Below are positions 36,649-45,590 of a DNA stretch of 56,793 nucleotides, piece by piece (the first letter of the stretch is position 1; every line of letters begins with the position of its first letter). Source of the DNA: Bacilli bacterium (GTDB lineage: Bacteria; Bacillota_I; Bacilli_A; RF39; UBA660); NCBI GenBank assembly GCA_029100965.1, contig JAQXQC010000055.1, positions 1-56,793 of the forward strand, read 5' to 3'. The notes below the pieces were generated by a model. The model had not been told where the DNA came from. It saw nothing but the letters and a program-made list of their open reading frames with translations, and ran no database searches. The position numbers were made by a program, and so were the translations under genes.

Positions 36649-38037
36649 ATGGACTCTAAAAAAAGATTAATTATTACTAGTGTTATATCTATTATTCTTG
36701 TATCTATTTTATTTATTGGGAGTACTTATTCCATTTTTACTTCTACTGATGTTGATCAAGAATCTAATGTATATCAAACGGGAAATTTGTCAATTCAGTT
36801 TGAAAATACAAATAATGTTGCTTTAGAAATTACTAAGCCAATGTCGGATCAAAAAGCAGTTTCTTTGACTCCATATCATCTTACGGTTACCAATAATGGT
36901 ACAGTTGCGTATAAATTTAATATTGTACTTAATCCAACAACAGCAACAGATGAAATTAATCATCAATATATTATGACTAAAGTAGGACAATTGGATAGTA
37001 AAAAATTTAGTGATTGTACAAATAATATTATTAAAGAAGGAGTTATTTTGTTGCCTAAAACAAGTGTTGATATTGATGTTCGTGTTTGGTTATCTGATAC
37101 TGTTCAAAATACAGAGGTTAATAAGAGTTTTAGTGCAAAATTATCTATAGATGGAGTTGGGGCTTATAGTAAGCATACAGAGGTGGATAATAGTGCGTTA
37201 GCATCTAATGATAAATTAGCTAGTCGATTTAGTTATGATAATTCTAAGTCTAATTTTGATTGTTCTGATGTACAGTGTGCGATTGATACTTTAGATAAAG
37301 CATTAGGAGGTAGTGATTTATTTTTAGGGGCATATGTTTCCATGACACCTAAAAAATCTTCTTATACAACAGATACTTCTAAAACAGGATATACGAGTAG
37401 TCAAACAATTAATCCTCAAGAATTAAATCTATGGAGGGTAATTAAAATTAATAGTGATGGAACGGTAGAGATGATTAGTGAGCATGTATCTAGTACAGAT
37501 GTATACTTTCGAGGAAAAACAGGGTACTTAAATTTAGTAGGATATTTAAATGTACTTGCTAGTCAATACGAGAATAGTACTTATACAAAAGGGTCTAGAC
37601 ATTTTGGGTATAATGGACAAACAGAATATATTACCGATACTTCCAAATTTACTTCTAGTGCTCCATGGACTTGTGGTACTGGAGGAAGTTGTAATCCAGT
37701 AGAAAGTCAAGGAGGAGGAGATTGGTTATATACAACAGATTATAATTTAGTTAAAGCGACTGAAGTGGTAACTAAACCTAACAGTGCATCTGGTTCATCT
37801 TATTGGATGGCTTCTCGTGACTATAGCTATTCTTCATCTACTAGCTATGGCTGGTACGGTCATAGTGTGGACGCCTCGGGGGCGAATAACCTCAACCATT
37901 TGTATGACTATGTCGGTTCAAGTTTCAGCACGAGCAGCAATAGTAAGTCCCTTCGCCCAATAGTGACTTTGAAGTCTGGACTTAAATATACAGGATCTGG
38001 AACTGCTGATGATCCATTTAAACCATCTACAAAGTAG
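36649..38037 (+). CDS. DGR variable protein 3: SipW-type signal peptide plus a TasA/camelysin-like N-terminal module, fused to the shared scaffold and VR3
   Basis: The N-terminus ...LFIGSTYSIFTSTDVDQESNVYQTGNLSIQF resembles TasA/CalY-class signal peptides and their mature N-termini. The C-terminal half is paralogous to targets 1 and 2 and ends in VR3. Confidence 0.8.
   Translation: MDSKKRLIITSVISIILVSILFIGSTYSIFTSTDVDQESNVYQTGNLSIQFENTNNVALEITKPMSDQKAVSLTPYHLTVTNNGTVAYKFNIVLNPTTATDEINHQYIMTKVGQLDSKKFSDCTNNIIKEGVILLPKTSVDIDVRVWLSDTVQNTEVNKSFSAKLSIDGVGAYSKHTEVDNSALASNDKLASRFSYDNSKSNFDCSDVQCAIDTLDKALGGSDLFLGAYVSMTPKKSSYTTDTSKTGYTSSQTINPQELNLWRVIKINSDGTVEMISEHVSSTDVYFRGKTGYLNLVGYLNVLASQYENSTYTKGSRHFGYNGQTEYITDTSKFTSSAPWTCGTGGSCNPVESQGGGDWLYTTDYNLVKATEVVTKPNSASGSSYWMASRDYSYSSSTSYGWYGHSVDASGANNLNHLYDYVGSSFSTSSNSKSLRPIVTLKSGLKYTGSGTADDPFKPSTK
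37819..37959 (+). repeat. DGR variable repeat VR3 (remote from the cassette)
   Basis: A 141-nt ungapped match to the TR. I count about 29 mismatches, about 20 of them at TR adenines. Confidence 0.85.
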
Positions 38038-38051
38038 TAGAATATAGAAAG

Positions 38052-38090
38052 AATGTTAGAGAATTTTATTCTCTTATTCTTTCTTTTTTT
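38052..38090 (+). terminator. Rho-independent terminator after target 3
   Basis: Stem agagaat (38058-38064) and attctct (38068-38074), with an extendable outer stem and a following T-rich run. Confidence 0.6.
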
Positions 38091-38123
38091 TATTATTTAT
38101 GATATCCTTAAATTGAATAGTTA

Positions 38124-39263
38124 ATGAAAAGAGGAAAGATGATAATGAAGTATTTTAAAGAAGCAAGAGAGAATTTTTTACATATTGATTATTTTTTATC
38201 AAAGTATGCTACGCATAGTATGGCATCTATTCGAATGAAGGAGGAAGAATTTGATATCCGGACACCTTTTTTTCGGGATATTGATCGAATTATTCATGCG
38301 ATGAGTTATACGAGGTATGCGGATAAAACACAAGTGTATTCTTTTTCTGTAAATGATCATATTTCTAAGAGAATTATTCATGTTCAGTTAGTGAGTAAGA
38401 TTGCTAGGACGATTGGTAGGTCATTGAATTTAAATACAGATTTGATTGAGGCGATTGCTCTTGGACATGATATTGGGCATACACCTTTGGGACATGTTGG
38501 TGAATCTATATTAAATGAGATTTCTTTAAGAGAATTAGGAGAGCATTTTGCTCATAATATTCAAGGGGTACGGAATTATATGTATTTAGAGAATCATGGA
38601 TATGGATTAAATCTATCTATTCAAGTGTTAGATGGAATTATGTGTCATAACGGGGAAATTTTATCTCATCGATATCTTCCTCAAGAGAAGACTAAGGAGG
38701 AATTTTTAAGGGAGTATTCTTCTGCTTATAAAGAGTTAAAGGAAACAGCAAAATGTCGTCCAATGACATTAGAGGGGTGTGTTGTTAGAATTAGTGATAT
38801 TATTGGTTATATTGGGCGAGATATTGAGGATGCGATTCGCCTTGGAAATATTAAAAGAGAAGAGATTCCTACTCATATTACGAAAGTTTTAGGAAGTACA
38901 AATAAAGAGATTATTAATACTATTGTTATGGATATTATCGATAATAGTTATGATAAGCCTTATTTAGAGATGAGTAAGGAAGTGTATCATGCTTTACTAG
39001 ACTTAAAGAAATTTAATTATCAATATATTTATCAAAAGAGTTTAACAGATGAGCAAAAGAATTTTTATCGAGAAGGAATGAATAAGATTTATTTTCGTTA
39101 TCTTCATGATTTAGAAACTAAGAATAAAGAAAGTATTATTTATCGTTATTTTTTAGATACAAAAGAAAGTATTTATTTAGAGAATACTAGTTTTAAAAGA
39201 ATGGTTATTGATTTTATTGCTGGTATGACTGATGATTTATTTTTACATGAGATAGAGAAATAG
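38124..39263 (+). CDS. HD-domain dNTP triphosphohydrolase (dGTPase-like)
   Basis: RTPFFRDIDRIIH, HVQLVSKIAR and ALGHDIGHTPLGHVGE motifs. The true start may be an internal ATG at 38139 or 38145. Confidence 0.8.
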   Translation: MKRGKMIMKYFKEARENFLHIDYFLSKYATHSMASIRMKEEEFDIRTPFFRDIDRIIHAMSYTRYADKTQVYSFSVNDHISKRIIHVQLVSKIARTIGRSLNLNTDLIEAIALGHDIGHTPLGHVGESILNEISLRELGEHFAHNIQGVRNYMYLENHGYGLNLSIQVLDGIMCHNGEILSHRYLPQEKTKEEFLREYSSAYKELKETAKCRPMTLEGCVVRISDIIGYIGRDIEDAIRLGNIKREEIPTHITKVLGSTNKEIINTIVMDIIDNSYDKPYLEMSKEVYHALLDLKKFNYQYIYQKSLTDEQKNFYREGMNKIYFRYLHDLETKNKESIIYRYFLDTKESIYLENTSFKRMVIDFIAGMTDDLFLHEIEK

Positions 39264-39274
39264 GGGAAATTAAG

Positions 39275-40078
39275 ATGAAAAAAGATTTATTCATTTTTTT
39301 CTTTTCTTTAGGAATTCTTTTCATCAGTATTTTTTGTTTCTCTTTTTCTTCTTTTCATGAGAAAACAAATGATTTTTCTTTCTCTTCGATTGATCATCAG
39401 GCTGTCTTTTTAAGAGCAGGAGGAGGTAGTTCTTCTGGTGGAGGTCATAGCTCTGGTGGTTCAGGTAGTCATGGAGGAGGTTATCATTCTGGGGGAAGAG
39501 GTAGCTTTCTTAGTAATATTTTATTTTATATAGTATTCTTTTTTAGTTTTTTCTTTGCTTCTATTTATTTCTATTTTCGAGTTGTTAGGGCATCTATGAA
39601 TAGTAGAAAATTTTTAAAGATGCTTTCTTTAGAAGAAAAAACTTGGAATTATAAAAAACAAGAAAAACAAGTTATTGAAGCTTTTTATTCAATTCAAAAA
39701 TCTTGGACTAATGGGGATATGAGTAATTCTAAGGATTATATGGATTATTCTTTGTATGAAGAGTTTCAGACAAAGTTAACTTGGATGGAGATGAGGAAGG
39801 AGAGGAATGTTTTAAAAAGAATTCGTCTTTTAGATATTAAGCCAGTTTTTGTTCATGATGAAGAAGATGATACAAAAGATTTTATTTGGTTTTATCTTAA
39901 GGGAAAAATGGTTGATTATGTGATTAATACGGATACTTTAGAAAAAATAGACGGAAGTACTGTACCAACTTCTTTTGTAGAATTTTGGAAGTTTGTTAGA
40001 AAAGATGATGATCATTTTGTTTTAGCAAAAATACTTCAACAGAATGAAGGAGATAGTATTTTGATTCAAGATAGGTAA
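39275..40078 (+). CDS. Membrane protein with a Gly/Ser/His-rich tract and a Tim44-like C-terminal domain
   Basis: A signal/TM segment, a GGGSSSGGGHSSGGSGSHGGGYHSGGRGS tract, a second TM, then a soluble domain that resembles the Tim44-like family. The family call is by recollection. Confidence 0.45.
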   Translation: MKKDLFIFFFSLGILFISIFCFSFSSFHEKTNDFSFSSIDHQAVFLRAGGGSSSGGGHSSGGSGSHGGGYHSGGRGSFLSNILFYIVFFFSFFFASIYFYFRVVRASMNSRKFLKMLSLEEKTWNYKKQEKQVIEAFYSIQKSWTNGDMSNSKDYMDYSLYEEFQTKLTWMEMRKERNVLKRIRLLDIKPVFVHDEEDDTKDFIWFYLKGKMVDYVINTDTLEKIDGSTVPTSFVEFWKFVRKDDDHFVLAKILQQNEGDSILIQDR

Positions 40079-40109
40079 TAGAATGAAAAAACAGTAAAGG
40101 TGGGAAAAG

Positions 40110-40859
40110 ATGGAAACTTATACTTATGAACAAATTATTCAAGAAAGAAAAAGGGAATATTTGACTTTGATGAAAGAGATTCAAGGGTTAAAAAAGTATA
40201 TTCAAAAAACAAAGTATGCAGATGATTATTACTTAAAATATACTGGTTATTGTGGTTCGTTTGAACCAGAGATAATTCTTTATGTGGATGAGCATTATCA
40301 TTTATTAGCAAAGGGTATTAAAAATTTAATGGATAAATTGGGATTATCTATTTTGGAAAGAGATATGTTTTCTCTTAATCAAAAACTTGTTTCTGAATAT
40401 TTTATGGGAAGAAAAAAAGTAATTCAAATTACTGATGTAGAGAACTTTAGAAAAGATATGGAAAAGATTTTAAGTAGTGATGTTGCTTTAGAATTAAAAA
40501 AATATGATATTTCTGGAATTATTGATCAATATAGTTTAAATGATTACTTAATGGTTCATACTTCCAATCAAACAAATGTTACTAATGGAAATATAGAATT
40601 ATGTCATGATTATTCTCCAGAAGTATTATTGTTTAGTGCTAAAAATGGAATTGTTCATGAAGAAAATGTACTTCATTTATTTAAAGAGGAATATCTTAGT
40701 TCTTTGTTTTCAGATTATTTTCGCTATCATGTTGAGAAACAAAATTCTTTAGAATATCAATTTGATGATGATTTAAAGGGGAAAAATTTAAATTGTGAAT
40801 TTTTGGATGGAACAGTTTCTAAGGGGAAAATTTTAATTCATAAAAAGAATAAAAGGTGA
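40110..40859 (+). CDS. Hypothetical protein
   Basis: An ORF with an RBS and no recognised motif. Confidence 0.4.
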   Translation: METYTYEQIIQERKREYLTLMKEIQGLKKYIQKTKYADDYYLKYTGYCGSFEPEIILYVDEHYHLLAKGIKNLMDKLGLSILERDMFSLNQKLVSEYFMGRKKVIQITDVENFRKDMEKILSSDVALELKKYDISGIIDQYSLNDYLMVHTSNQTNVTNGNIELCHDYSPEVLLFSAKNGIVHEENVLHLFKEEYLSSLFSDYFRYHVEKQNSLEYQFDDDLKGKNLNCEFLDGTVSKGKILIHKKNKR

Positions 40860-40863
40860 TAAG

Positions 40864-42420
40864 ATGATGAATAGAAAAGAAGTAAAAAGATGTGCAAAAA
40901 ATACAATGAAACATCATTATTTTAGAAATGTTTTATTGGTATTTATTTGTTCTCTTCTTTTAGCAGGTGGTTTTAATTATACTACTAAAAATATTCAACA
41001 AATTGATATTCAAGATAAAAAGATTAATCAAATATTAAATAATAAAAGTCTTACTTCTAGTGAAATTTTAGGAGAACTATTCGAAAAAACTAAGCAAGAG
41101 AAAAAATTTGAGAGAATGATTGAAAATAGGTATACGAATGGAGTTTTATCTTATCTAGTTAATTCTATAATTAGTAGTAAGTCTATTATTTTTACTGTTT
41201 TAAATGGTATTAATAAAATATTTTTTCATAATAAGATAGGTCTTGGAGTAGTTATTTTTATTAGTAGTATTTTTATTAGTTTAGTTGCTATTTTATTTAT
41301 TAATGCTATTGAAGTGGGAAAATGTCGCTATTTCTTGGAGCAGAGGAGATATTATGGAACAAAGATTGATAGAGTTTTATTTCCTTATTTGGTTAGAAAG
41401 ACTTTTCATATTTCATATATTTTATTTATAAGGTCTATTTATCAATTTTTATTTAATTTGACTATTATTGGTGGCTTTATTAAACATTATGAATATTTTT
41501 TTGTTCCTTATCTTTTAGCAGAGAATCCTAATATGACGAAAAAAGAAGTTTTTCTTTTATCTAAAGAATTATCTAATGGGTATAAATGGAAATTATTTTG
41601 TTTAGATTTATCTTTGTTAGGTTGGGAATTTTTAAGAGTATTTACTTTGAATTTAAGTGCAGTATTTTATTCTAATGTTTATAAGGAAGCTTTATATGCT
41701 GAAGTTTATATGAGAGTTAGAAAAGAGAAGATAAGTAATTTATCTTATTCAACTCTTTTAAATGATACAAATTTAGCGATTGATATTCCTTGTGATGATA
41801 GTTATCCAGAAGAAAAATTTAGTATTCCTGTTAGTAAGATGAATAAAATACTTCATCTTAACTATGATAGAAGTTATAGTTTAAAATCATATATTTTATT
41901 TTTCTTTACTTTTTCGATTATTGGTTTTTTATGGGAAGTGTTATTACATTTAATTAGTGATGGTTGTTTCGTTAATCGGGGAACTATGCATGGACCATGG
42001 CTTCCTATCTATGGATGTGGTGGTGTACTTATTTTAATTCTTTTAAAACGCTATCGAGATAAGCCTTTCACTTTATTTTTAGCCACATTTCTCTTATGTG
42101 GAGTTGTTGAATATGGAACGGCTTGGTTTTTGGAAACGTTTAGACATTTAAAGTATTGGGATTATACGGGATATTTTTTAAATATTCATGGACGTGTCTG
42201 TTTAGAGGGTCTTCTTGTCTTTGGACTTGGTGGCTGTGGCTTTACTTATATAATTGCTCCTATTTTAGATAATCTTTATCAACAAATTAATTCTAAATTA
42301 ACTACATTTTTGTGTATTTTTCTTCTTTTTACTTTTAGTATTGATTTTTTATATTCTAGTTTTTTTCCTAATACAGGAGAAGGGATAACTAAGGAAATTT
42401 ATATAAAGAAAAGTTCATAA
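40864..42420 (+). CDS. Polytopic membrane protein (DUF975-like N-terminal half, 'ABC-transporter type IV'-like C-terminal half)
   Basis: The MMNRKEVKRCAKNTMK start is typical of DUF975. The C-terminal FSIIGFLWEVLLH...GPWLPIYGCGG pattern is also recognisable. Confidence 0.45.
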   Translation: MMNRKEVKRCAKNTMKHHYFRNVLLVFICSLLLAGGFNYTTKNIQQIDIQDKKINQILNNKSLTSSEILGELFEKTKQEKKFERMIENRYTNGVLSYLVNSIISSKSIIFTVLNGINKIFFHNKIGLGVVIFISSIFISLVAILFINAIEVGKCRYFLEQRRYYGTKIDRVLFPYLVRKTFHISYILFIRSIYQFLFNLTIIGGFIKHYEYFFVPYLLAENPNMTKKEVFLLSKELSNGYKWKLFCLDLSLLGWEFLRVFTLNLSAVFYSNVYKEALYAEVYMRVRKEKISNLSYSTLLNDTNLAIDIPCDDSYPEEKFSIPVSKMNKILHLNYDRSYSLKSYILFFFTFSIIGFLWEVLLHLISDGCFVNRGTMHGPWLPIYGCGGVLILILLKRYRDKPFTLFLATFLLCGVVEYGTAWFLETFRHLKYWDYTGYFLNIHGRVCLEGLLVFGLGGCGFTYIIAPILDNLYQQINSKLTTFLCIFLLFTFSIDFLYSSFFPNTGEGITKEIYIKKSS

Positions 42421-42512
42421 TAAGTTAGTAGGAAGATGTTTGCTTTGAAATTTATATAATAAGAAATAATAAGTATTTTTGTTAAAATTGTTTAAGAATA
42501 GGTGGTGATGAA

Positions 42513-42632
42513 ATGAAAAATAATGGATGTTTTTTTAAAAAGATATCCCCTTATTTAATTTTAGTTTTATGTATTACTTTTTTGTTTTTGGGAACTTATT
42601 TATTATTATTGATTGCTAAGTATCCTGTTTAA
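42513..42632 (+). CDS. Possible 39-aa single-TM mini-protein
   Basis: MKNNGCFFKKISPYLILVLCITFLFLGTYLLLLIAKYPV* with an AGGTGGTGA RBS upstream. Confidence 0.3.
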   Translation: MKNNGCFFKKISPYLILVLCITFLFLGTYLLLLIAKYPV

Positions 42633-42697
42633 AATATTACTAGTTTACACTAGTTTTTTTCTTTTTTGACATTTTGTCAAATTTCTCTATTTTTTTC

Positions 42698-42726
42698 TTG
42701 ACAAAAAGAACTAATGTGTCTATACT
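42698..42726 (+). promoter_or_regulatory. Sigma-A-type promoter of the TetR-YhgE/Pip operon
   Basis: TTGACA (42698-42703), a 17-nt spacer, and TATACT (42721-42726). Confidence 0.6.
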
Positions 42727-42761
42727 ATACTGGTATACCGAAACGGTATAGTAGTATAGTA
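42723..42761 (+). promoter_or_regulatory. Palindromic operator, probable TetR binding site
   Basis: 18-nt inverted arms (tactatactggtataccg / cggtatagtagtatagta) match at 16 of 18 positions around an AAA centre. The palindrome overlaps the -10 box and the RBS. Confidence 0.55.
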
Positions 42762-42771
42762 GGTGAAGGAT

Positions 42772-43350
42772 ATGGAAAAAAGGGAAAATATTATTGCTTC
42801 TGCTAGAGAGTTATTTAATAAGTATAGTTTCGATAAGGTATCGATGGATGAGATTGCTAAAAAAGCGGGGGTTACGAAAAAAACAATCTATCATCACTTT
42901 CGGGACAAACAAGAACTTTTTCAGTATTTTATTTCTGAAGAATTAGAGAAAATGCGTAAGAAGATTGAAGCAACAGAGAAGAAAAAAGAATCATTCTTGG
43001 AAAAAATTAGTGAAGATTTAAATAATGTTTTAACTGTTAGCGATGATAATCAATTGCTTATTAATTTAATTCGAGAAAAAGAAAGTGAGAATTTTCATAA
43101 TCAAGATTTTTTTAAAGTTTATGAAATGAGAATTTTTTCTTATTTAGAGAAGAAGATTGATGAAGAGATTTCTCGTGGTAATATTAGGAAATGTGATTCT
43201 CATTTAACTGCATTTATTATTTATAAAACAATTTATTCTTTGACATTTGAATATGATAAGAAAGTTGATAAGTCTAAAATTTGTAAAGAAGTAACCAATA
43301 TTCTTTCTAATGGTTTATTGGTAAAAGGGGGAGATAAATATGAAAAATAA
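42772..43350 (+). CDS. TetR/AcrR-family transcriptional regulator
   Basis: HTH ARELFNKYSFDKVSMDEIAKKAGVTKKTIYHHFRDK. I prefer the ATG at 42772, downstream of AGGTGA, over the GTG at 42763. Confidence 0.85.
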   Translation: MEKRENIIASARELFNKYSFDKVSMDEIAKKAGVTKKTIYHHFRDKQELFQYFISEELEKMRKKIEATEKKKESFLEKISEDLNNVLTVSDDNQLLINLIREKESENFHNQDFFKVYEMRIFSYLEKKIDEEISRGNIRKCDSHLTAFIIYKTIYSLTFEYDKKVDKSKICKEVTNILSNGLLVKGGDKYEK

Positions 43351-45250
43351 AAAGAATCAATTATTTTCTTACATTGTTATTATTGCTGTTTTATGTATTC
43401 CATTTATGTATAGTTTTTTCTATTTAAAAGCTTATTGGGATCCATATGGAGAAGGAAATATTGATAATTTGCCTGTTGCAATTGTCAATGAAGATAAAGG
43501 GGACAAAGGTAAAGATTTGGTAAATAGTATTAAGGAAAGTAAAAAATTAAAGTTATCTGTTGTTGATTTAGATGAGGCTAATGATGGATTAGATGATAAG
43601 ACTTATTATGCAGTAATTCGTATTCCTGAAGATTTTTCTAGTAGTATGGAGAGTGCTTCTACTACTTCCAAAAAACACGCTACTATTACTTATTCACCTA
43701 ATCAAAAATCTAATTATTTAGCTAGTCAAATTATTAATAATGTGGTTCTTAATGTAGAGAAGAGTTTAGATAATAGTGTAAACTCTGCTATTGTTGATAA
43801 GTTATCTGATAATTTAAATCAAGTTCCTGAACAGTTAAATACTATTTATGATGGATTTACAAAATTAAATGATGGAACAGAGCAATTAAAGAATGGAAGT
43901 AATACTTTGACTAATGGTATTTCTTCATTGCAATCTAATTATTCTTTATTTCATCAAGGACTTGGTACTTTGAATGAAGGGGCTAATACTTTAAATCAAA
44001 GTGTTGGGGCTCTTGATTCTTTAGGAGATGGAGTAAATCAATTAGTTAGTGGTGTTTCTGATTTAAAGAATGGTAGTAATTCTCTTTCTAATGGTTTAAA
44101 TTCTTATGTAGATGGTGTTAATAATACTTTAGGTTATACAGAAAATTTAGTTGCTTTAATTAATGCTACAATTTGTCCAAAAGTTGTTTCTGGTACTGCT
44201 ACTGTATCTGAACAACAAATGTGTGGAATTGCTCAAGGATTATCTCAAACTTCTGAGAAGACAGGAAATACGACGGTTACTAATTATTTAAAAGTAAGTG
44301 GTAATTCTATTAAAGAGGGAAACGCTAGTATTCATCAAGGAATTAATTTATTAAATACAAATGTTTCTCAATTTAAAGATGGGATGAGTAAAATTCAAGA
44401 ACTTAAGAGTGCTGTTAATCAAATTGCTAGTGGTACAAATACATTAGCGCAAAGTTCTAATCAAATTGTATCAGGAATTAATGCTTTAGCTGATGGTTCT
44501 AATACCTTAAATAATGGAATTTCTACTTTGAATGATAGTGTAGTAGATGCTAAAAATACTTTAGGTACAAAGATAGAGGATACGAAAAAAGACTTGGAGT
44601 CAACGAAAGGACTTTCTGAATATAGTAAAAATCCTGTTACTGTTGATACTAAACCAGTTAATGAAGTTAGTAGTTATGGTACAGCATTCTCACCATTATT
44701 TATTTCTATTGCTTTATGGGTTGGTGCTTTGATGATGTATGTTGTTTTATATTATGATAAAGAAAATAGATTCCCTAAGTTATCTATTGATAATCAAAAT
44801 TATTTACAGAGAACTATTTTATATCATCTTTTAGCAACATTATCAGGAATTCTACTTGGTATTTTATTAAATATTTTGTTAGATTTTCATATTACTAATT
44901 ATTTCTTATATTATGCTTTAATTGTTTTAGTTGCTAATACATTTATTGCTATCATTGAATTTTTAATCGTTAACTTTAAAGATGTTGGTAAATTTATTGC
45001 TTTAATTATCTTGGTATTACAATTAGCAGCAGCAGGAGGAACATTCCCTATTGAAACAGTAAGTAAGTGCTTTAGATTCTTGAATCCAATATTACCAATG
45101 ACTTATACTATTAATTTAATGAAGGAAGCTTTAATTACTATTGAGAGTAGTTTATTAATGAAGAATTTGTTTATTGTTTTAGGAATTTTAGTGGTATTGG
45201 TTATTTTTAATGTTGGTCATGATATTTATCATGATAAGAAAAATAATTAA
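43340..45250 (+). CDS. YhgE/Pip-domain membrane protein
   Basis: An N-terminal TM helix, a central region of repeated L.NG...L..G heptad-like segments, and a C-terminal multi-TM domain. Confidence 0.75.
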   Translation: MKNKKNQLFSYIVIIAVLCIPFMYSFFYLKAYWDPYGEGNIDNLPVAIVNEDKGDKGKDLVNSIKESKKLKLSVVDLDEANDGLDDKTYYAVIRIPEDFSSSMESASTTSKKHATITYSPNQKSNYLASQIINNVVLNVEKSLDNSVNSAIVDKLSDNLNQVPEQLNTIYDGFTKLNDGTEQLKNGSNTLTNGISSLQSNYSLFHQGLGTLNEGANTLNQSVGALDSLGDGVNQLVSGVSDLKNGSNSLSNGLNSYVDGVNNTLGYTENLVALINATICPKVVSGTATVSEQQMCGIAQGLSQTSEKTGNTTVTNYLKVSGNSIKEGNASIHQGINLLNTNVSQFKDGMSKIQELKSAVNQIASGTNTLAQSSNQIVSGINALADGSNTLNNGISTLNDSVVDAKNTLGTKIEDTKKDLESTKGLSEYSKNPVTVDTKPVNEVSSYGTAFSPLFISIALWVGALMMYVVLYYDKENRFPKLSIDNQNYLQRTILYHLLATLSGILLGILLNILLDFHITNYFLYYALIVLVANTFIAIIEFLIVNFKDVGKFIALIILVLQLAAAGGTFPIETVSKCFRFLNPILPMTYTINLMKEALITIESSLLMKNLFIVLGILVVLVIFNVGHDIYHDKKNN

Positions 45251-45590
45251 AAAAAGTTCTAGGAAACTAGTTCTTTTTTTGCTTTAAAATACTTTTAGTT
45301 CTGATTCTTTTTGGTAAGGAATGAGGTAAGTATTTTTTTGTTTGCTATTGACTTCTAGATTTATTTTTTATAAATTATGGTTGGAAAAGTGAGGGAGGTT
45401 TTGTAGAAAAATTTTGTTTGACTGATTTAGAAAGAAATGAAGTGAAAAGGCTTCGAAAGATAAAAAAATAAGAAAAAAACTATCTGTAGGTGTAGGAGAA
45501 AGAGGTTTACAAATAGTTTTTTTCTTTTGGAAAATTTATTTAAAAAAAGAAGATTATGTGATATAATACTTGGTCAAAAAGAGGGATAAC

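Noticed and set aside
38124-39263. The dGTPase-like HD hydrolase next to DGR target 3, as a possible DGR-linked or anti-phage dNTP-depletion function.
   Set aside because: It is separated from target 3 by a good terminator. It looks like the common housekeeping Dgt-like gene of Firmicutes. The linkage to target 3 is probably coincidental.
45251-45285. A possible terminator after the YhgE/Pip gene (aaaaaaagttctaggaaactagttcttttttt).
   Set aside because: On checking, the arms are direct rather than inverted repeats apart from a 3-4 bp ctag core. No stable stem forms, so I did not call it.
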